NCBI GenBank assembly: GCA_973895155.1
Contig: OZ316898.1
Coordinates: forward strand, 21,478,122-21,542,121
DNA: 64,000 nt
Reading direction: 5' to 3'
Source of the DNA: Marsupella aquatica
Taxonomy: Eukaryota; Plantae; Marchantiophyta
The translations under genes were made by a program, and so were the position numbers. Below are positions 40,237 through 50,758 of this stretch, in pieces. Position 1 is the stretch's first letter. Every line of letters starts with the position of its first letter. A model generated the notes under the pieces. The model was not told the DNA's origin and searched no databases. It worked only from the letters and a program-made list of their open reading frames with translations.

Positions 40237-40692
40237 ATGGATCGAATTGAGACCACGCTCGAGCCAGGACGACATGTTTTGCCTCCGGAGGCTGTGAGCT
40301 TTTCACCCGCCGTGTCCATATCGACTGAGGTGACTGATTCGACCAATTTTCGCAATCGGCACCTTCTTCCTCCAGACGAGGCGGTTAGTCCCGGGGAGCG
40401 TCATGTCCTTTGGGTTCGAGACTCCCCCCCAATGTCGATCGCGGAACGGTTTACCATTCATAGGCCTCCATATCCAGTGACTCTAACTCGAGCGACCGAG
40501 ATGCGTTGCGCGGAGTTTCATGGCCGCGTTGATTTCCAGAATACTATGACGTCGGGTGTTGCCCAAGCTAGGACGGATGAACGCCGACCTTCTCGTGGAT
40601 ATATCAGAACCCGAGGGTTGGGATTTAAAGCTGATCTCTACCGAACTGTAGCTGGTCTCAACGATGATTGCGCGTCATCCACAAAACAGTAG
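40237..40692 (+). CDS. Unassigned GC-rich ORF/exon with short internal repeats (RHVLPPEAVS)
   Basis: 151-aa open frame; no recognisable domain. Confidence 0.3.
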   Translation: MDRIETTLEPGRHVLPPEAVSFSPAVSISTEVTDSTNFRNRHLLPPDEAVSPGERHVLWVRDSPPMSIAERFTIHRPPYPVTLTRATEMRCAEFHGRVDFQNTMTSGVAQARTDERRPSRGYIRTRGLGFKADLYRTVAGLNDDCASSTKQ

Positions 40693-41859
40693 GCTTGGCA
40701 TGGCGGGACTGCTCCACAATGGGCCACAATGTCCAATGCCGGCACATCATCTTGTCACGGTGACATGAGCAGCATCGTTGTTTTGCTGTGACACAAGCAT
40801 TCCATTTGTGCACGCCATGCATGTGTTGCACAAATATAGAAACTACTTTTAGCAAGGATGAGGACAGTTTGTGTCACTCAAATGTTGCAGAATACAAGAG
40901 CAGTGCGCCGGTTCATGTTCTAGTTACATAATGTTGTTTCATATGCCTCTGTGCACGATATATATAAACCTATATTTGTTTTGACTTATGTAGTGCAATG
41001 TGCCTTGTATGTCTCATGTGGCTTGAATGTTATCCAGCAGCTGTGTTATTCCACACTAATCCGCAGTGTGGAATTTGAATTGTATAAGTGTGCGTGGGGC
41101 AGCTAGCAGAGCTCAGCCCTCATAAATCCGCAACACATTCATGCACAAAGGAATGTGAACCTTTTAGGGTGTGCGGAATGTGAACCCACACTCTCCGAAA
41201 ACATCTACCCGTACATAGTCCCAACTTATTCATTGGAAAAGGTTTGATCAATTGCCCTCTTTCTATATGGGTTACGAATGTAAACTTTAGGATGCGTCGG
41301 TACTGGTTTTGAGCCCAAAAGCACATGCAATGAGATAGGCACGACATGTGATAGAGTTATGTGTGTCCATGTACGATTGTTTAAAGCAGTATTGCTGCTG
41401 TATAGTTTCGCAAAGCTAGATTCACATTTGCGACGCATGACGTTAGGAACTTCTCAGTCGTCCCGTGCCCGATGAAGTGAGTGGGTTGGTAGGGGCCTTG
41501 GATCACCTCATCTATTCGATTCTGCCAGTTCCGGCCTCTAAGTCACTCGATTAACAATTCAAAATAATGTCGATGAAGCCTTAAAACTCTGAACTAACAA
41601 TCAACTTGATGTCAAGTGCTCGGAACTTGAGTAAGAGAATTCCACTTCAAAACTAATGGTTCCTCGCCATCGCTCCCGAATATGAAGGAATACATGAGTC
41701 GAGTAGCATCCACGTCTAGAAGAGAGAAGAGAGTACGCAAGCACGCACTAGATTGGGCAGGATCCATAGCATTGATAGGCAGTGAGTTTTGAAGACTTCT
41801 ATCTCCCTCAGTAAAATAGGATGAAAAAGTCTTATATCCGGAAGAGTAACTATATATAT

Positions 41860-42456
41860 AGGGTTTAGGGTTTAGGGTGAGTTTTGTGAGTGGTGTGTTG
41901 CAGGGTTGAGGGTGGCCGAGGTTTGTGAGGGTTGAGTGTTGTGGGGTCGAGGGGTGTGGAGAGTTGAGTTTTGCGAGAGGTGTGCTGCAGGGTTGAGGGG
42001 TTTGGAGTTTTGTGAGTGGTGTGCTGCAGGGTTGAGGGTTTTGTGAGTGGTGTGTTGCAGGGTTGAGGGTGGTCGAGGTTTGTGAGGGTTGAGTGTTGTG
42101 GGGTTGAGGGGTGTGGAGAGTGGAGTTTTGTGAGTGGTGTGTGTGGGTTGAGGGCTCTGGGGTTGAGGGGTTTGGAGTTTTGCGAGTGGTGTGTGTTGCA
42201 GGGTCGTTGTGGGGTTTGGAGTTTTGAGTGAGTTTGGAGTTTGGAGTTTTGTGAGGGGTGTGTTGTAGGGTTGACAGAGGGGTTTGGAGTTTTGTGAGTG
42301 GTGTGCTGCTCGGTTGAGGGTTTTGTGAGTGGTGTGTTGCAGGGTTGAGGGTGGTCGAGGTTTGTGAGGGTTGAGTGTTGTGGGGTTGAGGGGTGTGGAG
42401 AGTGGAGTTTTGTGAGTGGTGTGTGTAGGTTGAGGGCTCTGGGGTTGAGGGGTTTG
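41860..42456 (+). repeat. G/T-rich telomere-like satellite starting from TTTAGGG repeats
   Basis: gggtttagggtttaggg followed by GGGTTGAGGG/TTTTGTGAG units; a ~175-bp block is duplicated at a 282-bp offset. Confidence 0.9.
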
Positions 42457-42832
42457 GAATCCATCTTGGCCACGAATTTATGCGTGAATATTTTTTGGAA
42501 AAAACCCTAAAAATCTGCCTCAAAAAACCCTGGAATTTAGGGTTTAGGGTTTAGGGTTTTTTGCCCCGAGTTTTCGCCCCTTGTTTTCAAAGTGGTCCAT
42601 CAGTTTTGGGGCATGGTTTTTTGGGGTGAAAAGGCCCTCTGAAAAAGGCCAAAACAGGCCCGGAAAAAGCCCCAAAAAAAAGGGGAAAAAAAGGGAAAAA
42701 AAGGGAAAAAAGGGGGAAGTTTTTCCCCGGGGAATCCATCTTGGCCACGAATTTATGCGTGAATATTTTTTGGAAAAAACCCTAAAAATCTGCCTCAAAA
42801 AACCCTGGAAAAAACCCTAAAAAATAAAAACG
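42457..42832. other. Junction cassette: 79-bp direct repeats (42457-42535, 42732-42810) flanking (TTTAGGG)3 and a homopolymer-rich spacer
   Basis: gaatccatcttggccacg...aaaccctggaa occurs twice; tttaggg x3 at 42536-42556. Confidence 0.85.
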
Positions 42833-43140
42833 TGCCTTGCATGTATGAAGTAGGCAAAGTGTAGCATGAGTAGGCAAACATGACAAACAATAAAATCTCA
42901 CACAAAATCTGTCAGGGCATTTCCTAACAACTGGTCTGACATCAATAGAGCTCTCATAAGATCCCAACTTCCCACATTGTGCACACTTAGCCTGCTTCTC
43001 TACACAATCAATGCACATTCAGGCTCCCTGGTGTGCAGAGGGGAGGCCCACCCCTGTATATATCTTCTCTGCACAGCGCGTGCAATGAGGCCGGTCTTCA
43101 GGCCATTTCAGGGTATTTAGGGAGCGCGGTGCATGGTCTC
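42833..43140 (-). pseudogene. Truncated copy of the EDM2-like PHD exon
   Basis: Nearly identical to the 60765-61303 copy up to ...HTCKA, then cut by the junction. Confidence 0.85.
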
Positions 43141-43652
43141 CTACATGCAGTGCACGGTCTCGACGTTTCAACATTTGGACTCCCACAACATTATTATTAA
43201 AACCTTTAAACTCCGCTAGTATTGATTAGGGTGACTTACGGGTGGTTGCCATAGGCTCCCATAACATTATTTTTTAAGTGTTCATACACCACTAGCATTC
43301 ATTGTGACTCACTTGTAGTCCCGCACTCCCATAACATTTCCAATAAAAGTCTTTTGCAGCTATAACATTCATGTTGAAACCATTGGACTCCCTTAGCATC
43401 AAAAGTGTCACCATTCAATTAGGTTCGTGAGAAATACAAAGGAAACAAAGCTTGGTCAATGCTTCTAGAATTCATGTACCAGCCTTCAATCTGGTTCTTT
43501 AATGTGCTTGTCACCTTCAAATTCCCTTCTGCATTATTGTTGGGTCGGTATTTTGGTCGGGAAGCATTGGCCTTCAAGAATTCCTGCTGCTGGCCTTCAA
43601 TCTGGTCCTTGACTGTGCTCGCCACCTCCAAATTCCCTTCAATCTGCATCTT

Positions 43653-43935
43653 GAATCTTGCGTCGCTTGGATGGCGTACTGACGTTGTCAATAATTGCAG
43701 CAAGTGATGGATTAGAGTCATTGTCAGATGCAGTCTTCGAGCAAAGGCGTTTCCGAATGGTTACGGTTTTTATGCTTACTGGTGGCAGTGCATCATGAAT
43801 CTTGTGTTGCTTGGATGGCGTACTGACGTTGTCAATAATTGCAGCAAGTGATGGATTTGAGTCGTTCTTGGATGTAGTCTTTGAGCGAAGGCGTTTCCGA
43901 ATGGTTGCGTTTTTGATGCTTACTGGTGGCAGTGG
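43653..43935. repeat. Two 144-bp (48-codon) tandem repeats (also at ~61816-62098)
   Basis: gaatcttg.gt.gcttggatggcgtactgacg at 43653 and 43797. Confidence 0.9.
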
Positions 43936-44389
43936 CGTGGCGTGGTTTTAGGCCGAGTGTGCAGTGATGGAGCTTCCCTTCTGTACAACATCCATGGTTG
44001 CGGTATTCATGCCTTGCTACTCACCTCCATCTGTGTTGCAACTCCATTCAGACACTCCTAGGACCCAAATCGCCTTCACTGTCCAACCCACCATACAAGA
44101 CTCTCATGTAAAGGCTGTGTCTCACATGCGATGCATGGTATGTCTCCAAGTTTCAGCATATGGACTCCCACAACATTTCTGGTTAAAGTGGAGGCTCCCA
44201 TAACATTTCCGGTTAAACCATAGACTCCCATAGCTTTCATGTTGAAACCTTTAAACTCCGTTAGCATCAAATGTGTCACCATTCAATTTTGGACGTGGGA
44301 AATGAGATACAAATTAAAGAAGACCAGGCTTCCTGATTAGAACTAATTCACTCTGTATAGTTGTGATATATTATTTACTCTCTAGACTC

Positions 44390-45430
44390 AATGCTAATCC
44401 ACACCCGGGTCTATGCCCGATCCGCCTCAAACTCTTGGGCCCGTAATGCCAGGTGTGGTAATTCAGCTTCCTCCTGTTGTTGCTGCTCCTCAGCCTACGC
44501 CTGCCAAAAAGCTGCCTTCTGCCTTGCCTTATACTCCACCCCTTGGCACACTTGTAGGACCTCGCGATCCGGCTGTTCCTTTTGATGTGTGGGATGTCGA
44601 GTTTCTGCTTCACGAATGTTGAATTGTGTTACCAGGTTGTCAAAATAATGGGGCCGTGATGCAGAACACGCGGCCGGTAAGGGCCTGTAGGAGAAGCAAA
44701 AACAACACTGACCGCAAATTCTTGCCCACGTAGTCAAAGAGGATAGTAGACACCTCGGAGTCACTAAGCCGTTGGGAAAATCTTGAGTGTGGATTCCACC
44801 AGAGCTGAAATGTGATGATGCTCAATACAGGAGTCTAGCTTAGCCCGAGTAAATTTACCCACCGGCGCCTCAATGAACTTGATAAATTCATAGATCACCG
44901 GGTCGCCCCATTTGATGTAGATAGATTCCAACTGCTTGAAGTCTGGTTGGTTACACGGGTCAAAGTTTGCTTTGTAGTCATTCACTACGGCATGTTTGTC
45001 AAGTGCCTTGAGAGGAGATCTTTGGAGCAGTTGTTGTTGGATGTCTTCCCCCAAGCTGGCGTTGAATTGAACCACAAAGAGAGCATTACTTAGGCAGTTC
45101 GTCGTGGAGTCCCAACTTAATCTCATTCTCCTGGTTGAAAGCTGACAGCCAATCTCTAGCTTGCCAGGAATTGAATTCCGATTCAAAGCCTAGTACCACC
45201 TTATTCCTAAAAATCCGTTGGCTACCCAGCTGTAGAATCTCCATGGGGGATGCAGAAGATTTCCTCATTGTCGGCCGTGGGAATACTAGGTGGGTTAAGA
45301 TTCTTCAAGTGGACAGGTCCATGGGAGGTGGCCTTTGTTGCGTGGCGGTGGATCACATTTGTAGATTTCAATGAGGTCGGTTTAGACTTCCACTGCGAGT
45401 GGGCGCTGGCCATATCGAGACAAATGTTTT
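44390..45430 (-). pseudogene. Degenerate L1-type ORF1 remnant
   Basis: SPLKALDKHAVVNDYKANFDP resembles the 15-kb remnant; FDYVGKNLR is followed by CCFCFSYRPLPAAC (CX2CX4[H>P]X4C) at 44707-44666; frameshifted. Confidence 0.65.
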
Positions 45431-45747
45431 TCATATTTTTTGACAGAGCGTGAAAGCAGCCTTCAAATTAACTTACTGCCACTTCTGTCGCATTATAGTT
45501 CTAGCTCTCCTGCTATCTTCCTTTGTACCCGTCTCTTCTCTCTTCTGGTTGGAATTGCTGCTCGACTTAGCATTTCCTTCATATCCGCGAGCGATGGCGG
45601 GCAATTTGCTCTCTGTTGGACAGAATGCTTGACAGAATTCCACGATCACTTGTTATACATAGTTGATATATTCTTGTGTTCATTTTTCTTGTCCATTTGG
45701 AAATTGCACAAATTAACAAAGTATCCATAAAGGTCTGTCATCGTAGA

Positions 45748-47175
45748 AAGTCAATTTTAAGCACTCCCTCGGAGGTGTAATTGTTCAGCATTTGTAAATA
45801 CCTCGCACTATATATCAGGGCTGTACACATCGAATTAGTTCTACTCAGCCATTTCCCACGTCCAAATTTGAATGGTGACACTTTTGATACTAACGGCGTT
45901 TAAAGGTTTCAACATGAATGCTATTGCTGCAAAAATGTTTAACCGGAAATGTTATGGGAGCCTACGAGCGACGAGCACATTAAGGAACCAGATTGAAGAC
46001 GGGCAATAGGAATTCTAGAAGGCCAATACTTCCCGACCATAATACCATCCCAACCATGGCGCAGAAGGGAAATTGAAGGCGGCAAGCACATTAAGGAACC
46101 AAATTGAAGGCGGACAGGAATTCTAGAAGGCCAATGCTTCCCAACTATAATACCAGCCCAACCATGGCATTGAAGGAATTTGAAGGCGTAGAAAGTGATG
46201 ACGTCAAGTCAATTTTAAGCACTCCCTCGGAGGTATAATTGTTCAGCATTTGTAAATACCTCGCACTATATATCACGACTGTACACATTGAATTAGTTCT
46301 AATCAGCCATTTCCCGCGTCCAAAATTGAATGGTGACACTTTTGATACTAACGGAGTTTAAAGGTTTCAACATGAATGCTATTGCTGCAAAAATGTTTAA
46401 CCGGAAATGTTATGGGAGTCTACGGTTTAACCGGAAATGTTATGGGAGCCTACGAGCGATGAGCACATTAAGGAACCAGATTGAAGACGGGCAATAGGAA
46501 TTCTAGAAGGCCAATGCTTCCCAACTATAATACCAGCCCAACCATGGCGTTGAAGGGAATTTGAAGGTGTAGAAAGTGATGACGTCAAGTCAATTTTAAG
46601 CACTCCCTCGGAGGTGTAATTGTTCAGCATTTGTAAATACCTCGCACTATATATCACAACTGGACACATTGAATTAGTTCTAATCAGCCATTTCCCACGT
46701 CCAAAATTGAATGGTGACACTTTTGATACTAACGTAGTTTAAAGGTTTCGACATGAATGCTATTGCTGCAAAAATGTTTAACCGGAAATGTTATGGGAGT
46801 CGACTACGGTTTAACCAAAAATGTTATGGGAGGTAATCAGCCATTTCCCACCTCCAAAATTGAATGGTGACATTTTTGATACTAACGGAGTTTAAAGGTT
46901 TCAACATGAATGCTATTGCTGCAAAAATGTTTAACCAGAAATGTTATGGGAGCCTACGAGCGACGAGCACATTAAAGAACCATATTGAAGATGGGCAATA
47001 GGAATTCTAGAAGACCAATACTTCCCGACCATAATACCAGCCCAACCATGGCACAGAAGGGAATTTGAAGGTGAAGAGCACATTAAGGAACCAGATTGAA
47101 GGTGTGCAGCAGGAATTCTAGAAAGCCAATCCTTTCCGACTAAAATACCACCCCAACCATAGTGCAGAAGGGAAG
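45748..47175 (+). repeat. Modular tandem repeats, inverted relative to modules at 43150-44305
   Basis: aagtcaattttaagcactccctcggagg at 45748, 46206 and 46587; catttcccacgtccaaa...gttatgggag is the reverse complement of 44160-44305. Confidence 0.9.
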
Positions 47176-49345
47176 GGTCTGTCGGCAATTTGAATTACTT
47201 GTTCCCAGGCTGCTTCCAAGTGCAAGCAAGCGTGGACGTGGGTTCCCACTTTAGTTAGACAAACTGTAACTTTAGTTAGAGAAATTCATTGAACGTGGGA
47301 CGAACAAAAGTATTGTGCTTGCAAAAAGAATAGAGACAGTTTGTGTCTATCCCAACTTCATATTCTCGCTGCCTTTGGCAACAGAGAAGAAGATTTAATT
47401 GCACAATGAATTGGTAATACAGAGCGTACAATGGTTTTGGTGGGGACAGTTGCCAACTCAATAACTTTGAGCTTTTAACTATGTTGTGGCCTACCTAATT
47501 ATCGCTGAAAGTGCTCAGACAATAAATGTTCACCTATTGCCGTAAAGTATAAACATTGTGCACGTTCAGTTCCGCTACTTGAATTTACTAAATCGAATCG
47601 GCAAGTGTTGGATTACACATCACTTCCCAAGTTAAAGCAACTTAAATTAGCTGGAGTGAGGGTCGCCACCTATTGGAATTTGGAACTGGAGTGCTTCTTG
47701 TGCACCACCATCAGCTTTGCCTCGGCTGACTTTTGGTGTAGTCCTCCCATCAAGCGTGCGTAGCCCCTGAGACACGAATTGCAGCTCATGAGCTTCAAAC
47801 GCTCTACAAGCATTACAAGCATTTGTGTAGCAATTCTAATGGTTGTCGTGAGCAATTGAAGGATAGACTTATATTGCAGATAATAATGCCGACAGACCCA
47901 TCCCAATTTCCTCATTCCAATCAGTAGTGTGCTCTGGTTTATGCCACAGCTCTTGTGGGGCCCGATAGAAACTTCCAACCATGGCAACTCAAATGAGCAA
48001 GAAGCAGAAGAGGTATTCATCGATTTGACTAACCGGTGTTGCGACAATGCTCGCTCGAAAGGACTCAAACAATTCCAGTGCCAATTTTCAAGTGGCTTGC
48101 TCAGCCACTCGCTGCGAAGTTGCGCAGCTACCTTCGGTTCTGCTGTTGCATGAAGACACGGAATTGGCCAGAAAATTTGCAAACAGTTATGTGAAGGAGA
48201 AATGATGCAGGTGGGGCAAGTCAATGGCCCGGGCTAAACTCAAAGCATCAATTCAGAGCTTGAAAGGGAACAAAATGGCAGTTGACTAAAAAGTTTTGTT
48301 GTGGTGGGTGTGTTGACCTCGCCACACAACAACTCACAGGACGGTAGGGTGAAACAAGTTATAAAATGTTAAGTTCCAAGATTTTTGGCACTTAACTTTC
48401 TAGTGAAGTACTTGCAAAATGACAGACACTAATTAGAGATCGTTAGTGATTTTAACTATCAGATTTAACTATGAGTGCGAGTTGAGCCGGCAGGAACCCT
48501 GCGCTTGTTTTCTTTTGATTTAACAGGATTAGTTGAAAAGATAACCCACCCTAAGAAAATTAACTAGGCGCAGGGGCGTTCTGGACAGCCCAAATGTCTA
48601 TTTTTACTTAGAATCTCATGTTGAGCGAGTATTTAACCAAAAAGTTAAGTGCAAAGACACATGGAACTTATCTTTTTTCACCCCCGCACTCACATAAATG
48701 TTTGTCATGGCAGAAGAGCAGAGAGCCAGAGCCACGCACTCTTTCAATCCCACTTTGTCTTGGCTTGGGTTTGTTACTTACTATGCTCCATGTTGACGAC
48801 ATTCCCTACTCCTTGTTCCTCCTCGGACCCAATGACATCAGACTTTTAACATGACAGGTTTTTCAGTTAGAACTGGGGATAGGAGAAAAATTTGTCTTTA
48901 ATCAATGCAAATGATCAGAACAGCCACACATTCAAGCACATAATTATATACAAGCCATCCGGATAGTGCACTTGTGATGCTCGTTGAACTCAAACTGCCA
49001 TCGGAAGCTATGGACAAAATGCTTGACAGAATTACACAATCACTTGTTATACATAGTTGATATATTCCTGAATTCATTTTTCCTGTCCACTTGGAAATTG
49101 CACAGATTAACAGAAGTATCCATGAAGGTCTGTCATCGTAGAAAGAGATTTCCAGCAAAAACTTGTAAGAAAATTGCAAGACGTGAGGTGCTCAACAGTT
49201 TTTTGTGTCTTGGCCAGTCTTGGGAGGCCATAGGCATTCGTCTATTTGCAGGACGTTTGTTAGCTTTTTTGGGTTTGCATAGATTGCGGTACGGTGGCTT
49301 ACCTTTGGTTGGCAATTTGAGTTCAACGGGCATCACAAGTGCACT

Positions 49346-50527
49346 GCCACCATGTGCTGGGGTAATGCCAATGCCCATGTGCTTGGATGGGTATGTATGT
49401 TTAAAATTACAGTATTTTGAAGGTTGGGGGGTACGACGGATGGGGTATTCCAAAACGCACAGCCACCATGTGCTGGGGTAATGCAAATGCCCATGTGCTC
49501 GGATGGGTATGTATGTTTCAAATTACAGTATTTTGAAGGTTGGGGGGTACGACGGATGGGGTATTCCAAAACGCACAGCTACCATGTGCTGGGGTAATGC
49601 AAGTGCCAATGTGCTCCAAAGGGTATGTATATATCAAATTACAATATTTTGAAGGTCGGGGGGTACAATGGATGGGGTATTCCAAAACGCACAGCCACCA
49701 TGTGCTGGGGTAATGCAAGTGCCAATGTGCTCCGAAGGGTATCTATATATCAAATTACAGTATTTTGAAGGTTGGGGGGTACGAGGGATGGGGTATTCCA
49801 AAACGCACAACCACCATGTGCTGGGGTAATGCAAGTGCCAATGTGCTCCAAAGGGTATGTATGTTTCAAATTACAGTATTTTGAAGGTTGGGGGGTACGA
49901 CGGATGGGGTATTCCAAAATGCACAGTCACCATGTGCAGGGGTAATGCAAGTGCCAATGTGCTCTGAAGGGTATGTATGTATCAAATTACAGTATTTTGA
50001 AGGTTGAGGTACGAGGGATGGGGTATTCCAAAATGCACAGCCACCATGTGTTGGGGTAATGCAAATGTCAATGTGCACCAAAGGGTATGTATGTATCAAA
50101 TTACAGTATTGAAGGTTGGGGATACCAGGGATGGGGTATTCCAAAATGCACAGCCACCATTTGTTGGGGTAATGCAAGTGCCAATGTGCTCCGAAGGGTA
50201 TGTATTATCAAATTACAATATTTTGAAGGTTGGGGGGTACAAGGGATGGGGTATTCCAAAACGCATAGCCACCATGTGCTGGGGTAATGCAAATGCCCAT
50301 GTGCTTGGATGGGCATGTATGTTTCAAATTACAGTATTTTGAAAGTTGGGTGGTACGAGGGATGGGGTATTCCAAAATGCACAGCCAACATGTGTTGGGA
50401 TAATGCAAAATAATGTCAATGTGCACCGAAGGGTATGTATGTATCAAATTACAGTATTTTGAAGGTTGGGAGGTACGAGGGATGGGGTATTCTATAACGC
50501 ACAGCCACAGTGTGCTCGGGTAATGCA
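49346..50527. repeat. 116-bp satellite, ~10 copies
   Basis: gccaccatgtgctggggtaatgc at 49346, 49462, 49578 ... 50504. Confidence 0.97.
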
Positions 50528-50758
50528 GAAGGACTGTACAACGCCCTTTACCCGAGCACCAACTGTGCACAACTTTGGTGCTTATGGGGTGCTGACAATA
50601 TAGGAGCATTTTAGTTCGCATCTCCGGATTCTAGAAAGGTTGGCAGTGACTTGGACAAGACGCCTCATAACAAAGGGAACGTTTCTTCACAACAAGGAGT
50701 TTAAGTTTAAGTACATGGATTGACAGCATCCAATAGAGCAACAAGCAGCTTTGAGGAA

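Larger units (their letters stand above)
42833..45836 (+). repeat. Segmental duplication, copy 1 (matches 60996-64000)
   Basis: Near-identical sequence at an 18163-bp offset; the ORF track is duplicated. Confidence 0.98.

Noticed and set aside
40180-40540. Minus-strand KAHSLRR...WLERG resembling a tyrosine-recombinase HxxR box
   Set aside because: The frame has stops, the GH/Y catalytic positions are absent, R-to-HxxR spacing is short, and the opposite strand has the open frame
41612-42523. 303-aa and 202-aa P/T/H/Q-rich ORFs
   Set aside because: By-products of the C/A-rich strand of the telomere-like satellite
48095-48153. SHSLRSCAATF, recombinase-like motif
   Set aside because: Isolated in a 74-aa ORF with no other recombinase motifs
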